This document shows positions 10,901-20,347 of a stretch of DNA of 64,000 bases, in pieces (the first letter of the stretch is position 1; the number at the start of each line of letters is the position of its first letter). Under the pieces are notes generated by a model. That model worked only from the letters and a program-made list of their open reading frames with translations. It had not been told where the DNA came from and searched no databases. Position numbers and translations under genes: made by a program. The stretch is from NCBI GenBank assembly GCA_032718475.1, contig JAUCBJ010008895.1, positions 1 through 64,000 on the forward strand. Direction: 5' to 3'. The DNA is from Nemertoderma westbladi. Taxonomy: Eukaryota; Animalia; Xenacoelomorpha.

Positions 10901-13900
10901 ATAACACCGGTGTGTTACACTGACGACGGCGAAAGCCAAGTTTCTCAAGAAGAGGACAGCGGGAAAGACACTGAGAGATCTTACTACGTTGACAAAACCT
11001 CAAAAGATGTAAGTAAATACAAGGCTCGAAACAACGATAGGAGAGAACAGGTTGCCAAGACCCCTCCTCAGTCTCCTAACAGAATGCACCGAAGAAAACC
11101 CGAAGAAAGAACGAGAGTGCATCAAGTTACCCCAGGTAAAGTGAGTAACATAAAACCTAACTGTGCGCTGTGCGACGGGACCCACCGTTTGAGTGCGTGT
11201 GCTGAATTTCTAAAGAAATCCCTTGTAGACAGACGTGCAGTCGTGTGGGACAAGCGGTTATGCTATAATTGCCTCAGACCAGGACACCAACGGCGAACCT
11301 GTTACTCCGACATAAAGTGTGCAAAGTGTGGCGCGAAACATCACATCTTGTTACACAGTGAGTTCGAACGAGACAATCAGAGTCAGGTAAGTGAGCCCGA
11401 ACTACATGTCCAATTCAGTGATGTAAATGACACTGATCAGGAGTCTGAGATGGAAGGGTTCTATACTGACGAATTCTCCGACGCCAACGAATCCTGTTAT
11501 CTAATCAATACCGCAGTGTATCGAGCACTTACTTATGAAAAGGACACCAACAATGAGTTTCCCCCAACTACTTTTGCCAAACAACCATCCTGGAAAGCTC
11601 CAACTTCCAACGTAGGAATCAGAGAATTTCCTGTAGTGCAGGTAAGAGTTCACGGTCCTAACCACAGTTACATAGTGAACGCACTCCTTGACTCCGGCAG
11701 CACAGGAACATTCATCGATCAAGAATTAGCCGAAGATATCTTTGCTGGACAACCCAAATTCCGGACTAAATTGAATATGTCAGGAATTATGCAGGTTTGG
11801 AAATCTACCCTAACGGCAGATTACTATGTAGGTGTGTTGTCCACCCCCCAGGATAAGTTAGGAGCACAAGGTATAAGGTCGGTAAAAATGGTGGCTATAA
11901 AGAACTTCGCTACTACTCAAGCAGACCTTTATAATTGGGACGAGGATGAGAGCATCCAACATCTTAAGATACCTCGATTCCAGACAGATTATCCTGGAGT
12001 GCAAATACTCATCGGCCAAAACGCGCACGAGGCGCTCGAAACATTAGAGAAACGGCCTGCTCAACCGCAGCCACTGCAAACCTATGCGGTAAGAACTAGA
12101 GTAGGTTGGTACTTTACTGGCCCTTCCCGCAGGACTCTCGAAGAGAGAAGGCCACCAGAACGAGTATACCAGGTGAGTGATTGGAGCGAGGAGAGCAGTG
12201 AGGTGGATGAACTAACTGAGGAAACACCATACCCTTCAGATAATGACGACATCTACCAACTCTTCGATCAAGAGAACACCATCGACCTACTTACAGAAAA
12301 CCAAACTTGGAAAAATCAGGTGAACCTATGTCAACTGATTCGCCCATCGGAACCCATCGCTTACAATGACGAACTAAACGATGAGATAGAGCGCTGCAAC
12401 GCTAGAACTCGGGACGAACTAGCCGTACGATTCTTTACTCAGGAACTGGTAGAGCCAAATTCATATGATAAGGCTCTATCGATAGAAGAAGAAAGAGCCA
12501 AGCAAATCCAGGAAACAACTACACGTTTTTTAAAGGACCAAGGTAGGTATGAAATCGGCCTACCATTTCGAAAACGAGAACCTAGATTTATAAATAACAG
12601 ACCCTTGGCAGAGAAAAGAATCGCTCAATTATATCGACGTCTTACAGCTAATGCTTCAGCGAAAGAAATGTACCAAACTCAGCTGAAGAAATTTATAACA
12701 AAGGGATACGCGGAGCGAGTACCGGAAGGAACACCAGTGACTGAGAGAACGTATTACTTAACACATCATTACGTTCCCAAACCCGGTAAACCCCATGAAG
12801 TACGAGTCGTATTCGATGGCTCTGCTCTATATATGGGCCAATCCCTCAATTCCGAGTTGTTACCAGGACCCAACTTACTCCAATCTTTGTTGGGAATACT
12901 TTTGAGATTAAGACAATATTCCATCGCGTTCGCCTCCGATATAGAAGGAATGTTCTTACAAGTCAAGGTGCTGGATAGAGATAGAGACAGCCTGAGATTT
13001 CTGTGGTGGCCTGAAGGAGACCTCAATCAGAAACCGGTAGAGTACTGGATGACCATCCAGGCTTTTGGAATCATATCAAGCCCTTCCAATGCCTGCTCCG
13101 TGGTACGAACCACTGCGAATGACAACCGAGACTCCTTCTCAAAAGAGGTGATAGACAACATCAAACGGAATATATACATGGACGACAATTTAAGGTCCCT
13201 TCCATCAGTAGAAGAAGCCATAGCTGTCGCGAAAGGAACGGTAGAGTGTTTGAAAAGAGGTGGATTTCGACTGACGAAATTCACTAGCAACTCCCGTGAG
13301 TTTCTGGAAGCCATACCGGTAGAAGACCGCGGAGCGAAAGACCTAGACTTAATAAAGGACGATCTTCCTGAAACCAAGACGCTTGGCTTGAAGTGGGACA
13401 CTGAAAGAGACATCCTGTTTTTTCAGTTAAAACAGCGAGATAATCCAGTTCGGACCAAACGGATTTGTTTAAGTATCCTGAGCACTTATTTCGACCCATT
13501 GGGATTTATTAGCCCAGTTATATTGATTGCTCGGAGTTTAGTACAACAAATGTGGCTTGAAAACCACTCATGGGACGATCCGCTTAAGGGAGAATTGTTA
13601 AAGAAATGGATGAAATGGGAAAATTCTCTACCTGCCATCGAGAACTTTATAATTTCCCGTGCATATTTTGGCCATGTTCTTCCTACGTATTCTTATCAAC
13701 TCCATGTGTTTGGAGACGCCAGCGACATGGGAATAGGTATAGTAGCATATCTGCGAGTCGAAACCCCGGATGGAATCAAAGTCGCCTTGGTTACCTCTAA
13801 GGCATTGATTAACAACAAGTTAAAGGTTCCTCGAGCGGAGTTAAAGGCGGCTTTATACGCTACAGCCATCGGCCGGAACGTAACGGAACAAATCGACTAT

Positions 13901-16060
13901 CTACTGGAGAAAACGGTTTATTGGACCGACGCTTTACTCGTGTTGGAGTATCTAACCAATGAAGTCTGTCAGTTCAGCGTTTTTGTTACTAACAGAGTAG
14001 CTATTATTCTTAGTCGCACAAAGATAGATCAATGGCGACATTGCCCTGGTACGATTAATCCAGCCGATATCGCCTCCAGGGGAGCAACTCCACAGGAACT
14101 GATAGATACTCCAGACTGGTTGGGTGGACCCGACTTCTTGAGCAAGGAAGAGGATGAATGGCCTCCTCACCTTACTACGGCGGAGATTAGACAAGCCAAG
14201 GGAGCGGAGACAGTCAAACCTAAAACCCGGGCGAGTAAATCGAAGTTATTTAAACCGACTATCGATCTATCTGTATTACATACTTCCGGGAATGATGCTT
14301 CGGACCCACAATCCCTCAACACAAATAAGTCTGTTGTGGAAATTAGAGATAGAGATTGGAAATCTGGAATACCAGACGTCTCGCAAGGAATCTCACCCAT
14401 GCTGCAGAGAGCAATGCATCATTACAGTTCCTGGAATCGGCTCTGTAAAGCCGTCACATATTTAAGACGATGTTTTCATCAACACTACTCCAGGACGAAG
14501 ACCACTAGTGATAACGCTCCATTGACATCTGCACAAGTTCATGTTATTAAAAATTTACCCAAATATAAGACATCTGACCGTTTTCTCAAGGAGAAAATTA
14601 GTCACCAGGAGCATGAAGAAACCAATAAGCAGATACTGAGACTCCTGCAATGCTATGAGGATTCCGAAAAGTATTTCCTGTTGTTGAGAAATCCGCAGAT
14701 GCGCTTAAGGGATCGATTCTCGAGCACAATGATAGATGGGCTAATACGTGTTGGAGGAAGACTCACCAATGCACCCTTATCCTTTGACACCAAATTCCCC
14801 ATACTTATTAGAAATCTTGAAGTACAAATCAAGATGATTGTAGACGTTCACAGTAAACTTTATCATGCTGGTAGAGAACGAATTCTTAGTGAAATTCGAA
14901 CTCGCTATTATTTTGATAAACCCCGTAGAGCTCTGAACCAAGTTCTTAGGAACTGCATACCCTGTAGGAAAGCATTCAGTAGGCCTTTAACACAGCGAGA
15001 GGCAGAATTACCTAGGGAACGAGTAAGCTTCTATGAACCACCTTTTACTAATACTGGTGTAGATTTATTTGGCCCTATTGAAGTATATTGTGCTAGGACT
15101 TTAGTCAAGAGATGGTGTGTCATCTTCGTGTGCATGACTTGTAGAGCCATCCATCTCGATATGGTGAACGATCTATCTACCAACAGCTTCGTCTTAAGTT
15201 TACGACGACAGATCGCTCGCTTCGGGACGAGTAATACCATGAGATCGGATAAGGGAACGAACTTCATAGGTGCCAACAACGAAATACAGGCTTACGTGAA
15301 GGACTGGAACCAAAGACAGGTGGATGACCAGCTAAGGATAACAGCGTCTAGCTGGACCTTCAACGCTGCCGACGCCCCTTGGTGGGGAGGAAGTTGGGAG
15401 AGATTAATTCGAAGTGTCAAAACCGCATTTCACTTTATAGTGCCATGCCGCGCGTATCTCACCGACGAACTTTTGCGGACGTTAATGGAGGAAATAGCTG
15501 CCTATCTCAACGAGAGACCGCTTATGCCAGTCTCATCGAGTCCCGATTCCCTGGAAGCACTAACACCTGCGCACTTCCTACTGAAGAAACCTGTAGCCAT
15601 GCTCCCACGATCGGTGATTGCCGACGGAGACGAATACTGCCGTCGAACTTGGCAACTTATGCAGTTGCTATCCCGTCATTTCGCTGACCATTTCGAGAAA
15701 CATTATCTGCCCACGCTACAACTTCGAACTAAGTGGTTTGCGCAGCAAGAAAACGTCAGCGCCGGAGATATGGTACTTATTGTAGATCCAGACCTCCCAC
15801 GTAAACGGTGGCAGACAGGTCGTATCATCGAGACCCACATCTCGGATGATGGTTTAGTACGCTCGGTAGAACTCATCGTCATGCGGCGTAACTTCAAGAA
15901 GCCAGGCATAATCTTTGAGACGCAACAACTCAATCGCCCAGTTGGTCGTTTATGTTTACTGGAAAGAGACAGAGAACTCTCCGGGAACTATGGAAGGCAA
16001 GACACTCTTCCCACGACCACCTCCCTAATTCCTCAAATATCTAGGGACTCCCCAAAGTGA
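7973..16060 (+). CDS. BEL/Pao gag-pol polyprotein, 2695 aa, uninterrupted
   Basis: DUF1759-like gag (KFNGDEMKWLPF...LSNGEKLRFLIKCLEG), BEL-type triple knuckle (CALCDGTHRLSAC, CYNCLRPGHQRRTC, CAKCGAKHHILLH), protease ALLDSGS, RT (VRVVFDGS, SDIEGMFLQV, YMDD), Pao RNase H (HVFGDAS, VPRAEL, NPADIASRG), integrase (H..H..CIPC, GVDLFGP, SDKGTNF, GGSWERLI), DUF5641-like tail (WQTGRI...DGLVRSV). Confidence 0.97.
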   Translation: MSDTQQNLSDSLIDTTICDTDRSVERLRKEFSSPPTERKVIPPVVVSDPKLIQHHRSIIGTRAQVKRNQEAAVQQQQHPSQETCSQRSDSSSSADTAELTPERGVQMAATAYSDPLLTLPAAVLTTILIAVEEHQADRARSKRATQDNYAGYAREELMSIVESQWNFPGPGLPLDLSEATWEDIYRMGVTKDTMDPAVWKRSAAGYVQGFFGSLERLEEQLFRQPQGPQEQEELLYQVRERTLRIRLILSAFEETSKRRQDTSLQVAVKTWFQRVGLKVQETDQWKSQLSERLTYEEPTDATLSQVEGEETAERPRTRDAIDIYLSDYQRFLGDEELRRRLSGLSPNSEGTQRVSDSIDAEMLAANQAEFDEKLRLARVQEEQVKKKRIEDKKAVAAAKAAAAVEAAKAAAAVEEAKAVASAKAAATVEAAKAAAAIALGDAEQRASEETTQLELENLQETQDCINKQLTASHMQMMRKSTPKRQGYTSSEESETTDPEGGGNRSRLSRRRKTSYRHKLPDLPPAVRRQLASTDLSSIEPTDQIIKVKRLPTIVDEPEIIRPVVPKVTPVLETPVLPELNSKFPLHSTTLPVPGRTVHENIPVLIAEREIKDLSPVVPRQPATMLATPASAVEWVEEGRRGMNLLLGQMQETVHQLKGTVREGRAELQEVQQSIALERDKLVNIQKGIPIPPVTLCQPVRSEVLHAQGVEPTRIYTASEVETPIANPIKGDYRPVINDIPYRPDNDPRNLYTDNSILNNTMAQESFTRQMARTEARQAVKVGEIVKFNGDEMKWLPFNEYYKDSIQNSVLSNGEKLRFLIKCLEGPPRLMALKFIGHPEGLRQVWDTLNIRYGNKDNIAKYLYAKLVAPRHFLSSGIIEFSDEIQEICRQLDWLGKSHEYQSSMVIGAVVSTLPKGGVCTRWDKKVLYMNEQQRRSPTMADLMSFLDGEVKLQLIKQSREKTSENKVSEKPASRRRITPVCYTDDGESQVSQEEDSGKDTERSYYVDKTSKDVSKYKARNNDRREQVAKTPPQSPNRMHRRKPEERTRVHQVTPGKVSNIKPNCALCDGTHRLSACAEFLKKSLVDRRAVVWDKRLCYNCLRPGHQRRTCYSDIKCAKCGAKHHILLHSEFERDNQSQVSEPELHVQFSDVNDTDQESEMEGFYTDEFSDANESCYLINTAVYRALTYEKDTNNEFPPTTFAKQPSWKAPTSNVGIREFPVVQVRVHGPNHSYIVNALLDSGSTGTFIDQELAEDIFAGQPKFRTKLNMSGIMQVWKSTLTADYYVGVLSTPQDKLGAQGIRSVKMVAIKNFATTQADLYNWDEDESIQHLKIPRFQTDYPGVQILIGQNAHEALETLEKRPAQPQPLQTYAVRTRVGWYFTGPSRRTLEERRPPERVYQVSDWSEESSEVDELTEETPYPSDNDDIYQLFDQENTIDLLTENQTWKNQVNLCQLIRPSEPIAYNDELNDEIERCNARTRDELAVRFFTQELVEPNSYDKALSIEEERAKQIQETTTRFLKDQGRYEIGLPFRKREPRFINNRPLAEKRIAQLYRRLTANASAKEMYQTQLKKFITKGYAERVPEGTPVTERTYYLTHHYVPKPGKPHEVRVVFDGSALYMGQSLNSELLPGPNLLQSLLGILLRLRQYSIAFASDIEGMFLQVKVLDRDRDSLRFLWWPEGDLNQKPVEYWMTIQAFGIISSPSNACSVVRTTANDNRDSFSKEVIDNIKRNIYMDDNLRSLPSVEEAIAVAKGTVECLKRGGFRLTKFTSNSREFLEAIPVEDRGAKDLDLIKDDLPETKTLGLKWDTERDILFFQLKQRDNPVRTKRICLSILSTYFDPLGFISPVILIARSLVQQMWLENHSWDDPLKGELLKKWMKWENSLPAIENFIISRAYFGHVLPTYSYQLHVFGDASDMGIGIVAYLRVETPDGIKVALVTSKALINNKLKVPRAELKAALYATAIGRNVTEQIDYLLEKTVYWTDALLVLEYLTNEVCQFSVFVTNRVAIILSRTKIDQWRHCPGTINPADIASRGATPQELIDTPDWLGGPDFLSKEEDEWPPHLTTAEIRQAKGAETVKPKTRASKSKLFKPTIDLSVLHTSGNDASDPQSLNTNKSVVEIRDRDWKSGIPDVSQGISPMLQRAMHHYSSWNRLCKAVTYLRRCFHQHYSRTKTTSDNAPLTSAQVHVIKNLPKYKTSDRFLKEKISHQEHEETNKQILRLLQCYEDSEKYFLLLRNPQMRLRDRFSSTMIDGLIRVGGRLTNAPLSFDTKFPILIRNLEVQIKMIVDVHSKLYHAGRERILSEIRTRYYFDKPRRALNQVLRNCIPCRKAFSRPLTQREAELPRERVSFYEPPFTNTGVDLFGPIEVYCARTLVKRWCVIFVCMTCRAIHLDMVNDLSTNSFVLSLRRQIARFGTSNTMRSDKGTNFIGANNEIQAYVKDWNQRQVDDQLRITASSWTFNAADAPWWGGSWERLIRSVKTAFHFIVPCRAYLTDELLRTLMEEIAAYLNERPLMPVSSSPDSLEALTPAHFLLKKPVAMLPRSVIADGDEYCRRTWQLMQLLSRHFADHFEKHYLPTLQLRTKWFAQQENVSAGDMVLIVDPDLPRKRWQTGRIIETHISDDGLVRSVELIVMRRNFKKPGIIFETQQLNRPVGRLCLLERDRELSGNYGRQDTLPTTTSLIPQISRDSPK

Positions 16061-17567
16061 TACGTCTGGAGTGGGTGTATGACTATATTATTTTATTTTA
16101 TTATTTTATATTATTTTATTATTTTATTATATTTTTATATGCGAACTTTATTATGTACTTTATTATAATCGTTTTTATTCAATTTTATTTAGTAGAACGT
16201 TATTTTAGTGATAATTTAGTAGATTAGTGCAATGTATTAGTGTTTATTACGTACGTAATTACTTATAATATATATTTAGTGCGACGGCGAGAAAATAATT
16301 ATTTTTCTCGTGTCTCGGCTAAACCAAGCTCTGGGTAGACCTTGGAAACGACTTGCCTCTTCACACTGACATTGCTTCATGCGATATTGCTCTTCTACCT
16401 TATATTAAATAATACATATAGTAGCGTGATGTCCCTCTAACAGTAGCGTAAAACGCAAATAAATCGGTTAAACCTTTTGACCATCTGTAATTCTAGTCGA
16501 TTAAGATATCGCGGCACCCACCGATATACTTGAAAGACAAATTCTAGAATCAGTGGTTAACGTCCCCAGACAAGTTCTGGAATAAATCGGTGCCCATCTT
16601 AAATATTAATTTAATATTTATTAAAATCTGTAAAATTCAGATCCTTTAAATTTCTAGTCAATTAAGATATCGCAGCACTTACCGATACTCTTAAAAGACA
16701 ATTTTCATAGAATTAAGGATCCTATGTCCCCAGACCTGCTCTGGAATCAAATTGTGTCAATTTTAACATCAAATAATAAAATTCACGGGAATAAATTTAA
16801 ATTCATATTTTAAATGAATTTCATAAATTGTCGTTTTGTGCAATTTATAACATTCCCAAAATTCCATTAATTAATAGATCATGGGAGCGGAGATTCATCC
16901 TATTGAGTGTATTAGAGTGCGAGAATCTCCAACATATAGTCAATAGCCGATAAAATTAATAAAATCATGCATAAAGAGGATATTGACAATTAAAGAATTA
17001 TTATTAAATAGCATCCCAGATCTGTATGCATGAGAATTACCCTAATTCTACCGCTAGCATTCCATAATGTCACCATAGCAACACCCACGCTAGAATTAGA
17101 AGCAAGTTAAGAGAACAATAGAAAGCTTGTAACCTTGCATAGCATAGAGAATACATAGCACACTGTTAGTATCCAAGGATACACAGTAATAACGTGACAT
17201 TCTGGAAGGCACTGACTAACGGACAAATGGCCTGTATGTGTGCAGTTGGTGACAGTTGTGTGGAATTTGTGCGTTTATAGGTGAATGTTACTGCTAAAGT
17301 ATGTTTACAGTAGCTAGTCGCAATTGTAAAAGTAGCCCAACTCTCCTATAGAAAGAACCTAAAGTGGATTCAAGTCTTTGGGACGGACAGTGGAGTGACT
17401 TGTGCCGGTTATCGTTGTCGTGATGTTGCTACATGTTGGCGTAAACACCGCGACGACGGTACATCGGCGCTGAGAATCCCACTGTCCGGGGCGAAGAGAG
17501 GTAGGCAGCGACGCCCGCTCGCCTAAACATAAACTCATTACAATATTAATAAACTCAGATAGCAGAT

Positions 17568-17966
17568 ATGATGGAGTTGATAGAAGATGATCTTGGTATC
17601 AGGGAGCGATATACTCTACCTTTACAAGCATTTGTGGATAGCTTGATACGCGGTGAAGCCGATCCAACCATTACGGAGGACGATGGTCGTTATATCGAAC
17701 CGCCGATGTCCCAAGAGCAACTTACGCGTGAATTGGACTATCGAAAATTCACCGCTCGCTATACGCATCGTAATAGTACGTATATGGACTTCCTAACTAC
17801 CGGCCATCCTATCGATTTACATGATACGGACGATGTAGACACCGAAAGGGAAATGGTTCTATTTAAATATCATACCCAGCGGAGTCGTAACGATAAACCG
17901 AGAATAGATCACGAAAATTCTATTCGTAACAGACTGGGAAGACGAACCAATATGTCTAGAATCTGA
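17568..17966 (+). CDS. Accessory ORF 2a of the retrotransposon (acidic, 132 aa); probably the N-terminal part of a frameshifted ORF
   Basis: ATG-initiated ORF between pol and the 3' LTR. Its end overlaps the open frame of ORF 2b, which is open from 17908. Confidence 0.55.
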   Translation: MMELIEDDLGIRERYTLPLQAFVDSLIRGEADPTITEDDGRYIEPPMSQEQLTRELDYRKFTARYTHRNSTYMDFLTTGHPIDLHDTDDVDTEREMVLFKYHTQRSRNDKPRIDHENSIRNRLGRRTNMSRI

Positions 17967-19017
17967 GGAGATTCAGCCTATCGCGCCCCGGAACAGCGAC
18001 AGCGATTACATCATAGAATGGTATCAAGGTCCACAGTGTCTCACTGCGTACGATTATCGACATGCCAACTATGTTTCTAGGCAACGTTGTCGGTTATGCG
18101 CATCGAGAGACAATGATACGCCCATGGACACAAACGTCCGCTGTTCCTATTTCCACGAACAACCGACTATGGAAATTTATTGCGCATATTGCAGACTCAA
18201 TAACTTGCATATCTTTGCGGTTTGCCCTCAATTTATGACTCAATGTCACCATTGTCAACTAAAGGGACATGCCAGTTTCGATTGCCCTTTTAATCACGAT
18301 TTGGAAAGCGTAGATGAAATGATCACACTACGTTACATCAGAGCTTGGGAAGCGAACGCTGATTTACATTGTGATTCGCGCCATCGCTATTATCCCGGAC
18401 GCGCTTACGAAGGAGTTTATGCGTTCCATCCTTATCTATTCGCTTCGGTCGAACAGAAATCACGCATATCGAGTTACGAGCTACTGAAGCGCGTCGGAGA
18501 ATGTATTTCAACCAAATTCGTACGCAAATTTCTCAGGAGTGTTAATCCTAGCGACCTTCATTCCTATAACTTAATCAATTATATCCGTCAGGATCCGGAC
18601 TATGGAGACTTGTTTGTTAACTCACACCCAGAGTTACAGGAAGTATATCGGCGGCCTTACGAATACCGAGCCCGCGAACGCGAGATGGAAAGAACCATTA
18701 AACCCCGGAGGTTTCTGACTGCCTATGGTCCACCCACGGCTCTCGTTCAGACCACTCGTAAAGGACCCGTAAGAGCGGCTGTCTTAAAACGCGCTCTCAA
18801 AGCCGTTAGACCCCTCTCCCCCAACGTTGATGTCAATCAACCCGGTACTTCGACTGGCGGATACACCGACCATAATCCTATACCCTCTGATGCAATCATA
18901 TTGCACCCTTCACCCAGGAGTTATAGCCCTCCTTGTAAAGTGGCTCGCCCCAAAGAGAAAAGGACTCTGGCTAGCTTTAAAAAACTGCGTAAACGCCGTC
19001 CGCGCAAGAAAGACTAA
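17908..19017 (+). CDS. Accessory ORF 2b of the retrotransposon: Cys/His-rich zinc-knuckle protein with a basic C-terminus
   Basis: Frame open from 17908 (first ATG 18124). Motifs CRLC, CAYCRLNNLHIFAVC and a canonical CCHC CHHCQLKGHASFDC. Ends KKLRKRRPRKKD. No evident signal peptide or transmembrane segment. Confidence 0.7.
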   Translation: MTKILFVTDWEDEPICLESEEIQPIAPRNSDSDYIIEWYQGPQCLTAYDYRHANYVSRQRCRLCASRDNDTPMDTNVRCSYFHEQPTMEIYCAYCRLNNLHIFAVCPQFMTQCHHCQLKGHASFDCPFNHDLESVDEMITLRYIRAWEANADLHCDSRHRYYPGRAYEGVYAFHPYLFASVEQKSRISSYELLKRVGECISTKFVRKFLRSVNPSDLHSYNLINYIRQDPDYGDLFVNSHPELQEVYRRPYEYRAREREMERTIKPRRFLTAYGPPTALVQTTRKGPVRAAVLKRALKAVRPLSPNVDVNQPGTSTGGYTDHNPIPSDAIILHPSPRSYSPPCKVARPKEKRTLASFKKLRKRRPRKKD

Positions 19018-19087
19018 CTGTTTAGAGTAGTTACGTATATTAAAAACTGTGATTTTGTATATTTTATAGACTCAAATCCCATTTTCT

Positions 19088-19095
19088 GGGAGCGG
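19088..19095 (+). promoter_or_regulatory. Polypurine tract (plus-strand primer)
   Basis: GGGAGCGG immediately 5' of the 3' LTR TG. Confidence 0.7.
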
Positions 19096-20347
19096 TGTAA
19101 AAGCTTCTGTGGGATATAACTGGCCCCTTTGCTTCGCAATCCAGTTTCCCCCCAGGCGCTGGAATACTCTAAAAGGCTCTCTAACTATATATATATTCCC
19201 CTCGCCCGCAAGGTACCGTTATAGGTGTTTTAACGGACATAAAAGTCATTCTTCTATATACGTGCTTTGGCGGACATGGTAAGGCAAAAAACCCGCAATG
19301 CACCAAATACCTTTACACAGCTTAGCCGTGATGATTCAGATTACGACATCTAACAGCTGGTTGCTGACGTGGAAGCGGCCATTGGACACATGGTTCTTTG
19401 TTTAGCTTGAGCCAATCAGAGCGATTTTTTCTGTCGATGTGGAGATATTCGGCCGATCATACTAGGAGTGTTCAGTCTTACTGTTTTTCTTGATATAGTT
19501 TTGTTGTTGCTATCTAGGCCAGGAACACCGGCTCTAGAGTCAATTCGTTTTCATACTTTAGAAGAAACATTAGTAGGCTTAAGATTATAGAGCGTATAAC
19601 TGTTATCAGTGCATATCACGGTCCAGTCAAACAGTGTTACCATCTTAACCTACCGTCTTAATGCTATTTACTGTTGTGTTTTGGTTGAATATTATTATTT
19701 GGAGAACATCTATAAAGAACCCAAATTTCCCAATTTTCTTGATACACTACAGGTTAGAGAGACAGGCTACATATAGCGATTGCGACTTATATTGTTGTGG
19801 TTTGTAGTGAATTTAATGCTATTTGATAAGCCCTACATGAGTCCGTTGCTGTTCGCTTTATATATGATAAAATTCATTGACGGTCGGCAAATTAGTGAGC
19901 AGTATTGTGTGTTACCGGTAGTGTGCATGATTGTGACTGATAACTAAGCATTTCCTAAAGAATGCGCCTCATACGTGAATCATAAGCCTTACCGACTTAC
20001 CGTTGTGATTAGTATAAGTCATATCTCTGTTTACCTAGATAGAGCGCCACGTCCTAAAGGAACTGTTAATATTTCCCGAAAGTGAATAATATTAGTCAGA
20101 AATTATTTATTAACGATCAATCGAATAATACAATACAGTAAGCTTACACTGCAATAATAATCTAAGCCCTCAGAATCCAGTCTCCCGGGTATATCCAGCG
20201 GGTGAATGGATGCGCACTAGGCTGGCTTCTGCTAATGTTTTGTTTATTGGTATTAAATATTTGTCATCTTCTAAAGTCTATTTATAAACCAAAAGACATA
20301 TAAATTGTGGCAGGTTAAACTGCTAAAGGTCTTCAAAAGCGCGTACA
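19096..20347 (+). repeat. 3' LTR
   Basis: 1252-bp copy of 2862-4113, followed by the TSD TGTGG. Confidence 0.97.

Larger units (their letters stand above)
2862..20347 (+). mobile_element. Full-length BEL/Pao LTR retrotransposon (17,486 bp including a nested insertion) in intron 2 of the host gene, sense orientation
   Basis: Two 1252-bp TG...CA LTRs, 5-bp TSD TGTGG (2857-2861 and 20348-20352), purine-rich GGGAGCGG abutting the 3' LTR, and a BEL/Pao-type polyprotein. Confidence 0.96.

Noticed and set aside
7939-15933. Many short antisense or alternative-frame ORFs inside gag-pol, including the poly-Cys and poly-Leu ones near 9.0-9.35 kb
   Set aside because: Shadows of the long ORF and its GCA/GCG-rich Ala repeat; no independent motifs.
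16477-16758. Hammerhead or HDV ribozyme call for the duplicated motif
   Set aside because: No CUGANGA core on either strand and no convincing HDV topology by eye; kept only as an unassigned structure.
16882-16890. Second polypurine tract (TGGGAGCGG, identical to the 3' PPT)
   Set aside because: Only 9 nt, a similar string occurs inside pol near 14200, and it overlaps a GGAGATTC/GAATCTCC stem; indistinguishable from chance.
17568-19017. Envelope gene
   Set aside because: No signal peptide, transmembrane anchor or glycoprotein character; zinc knuckles and a basic tail instead.
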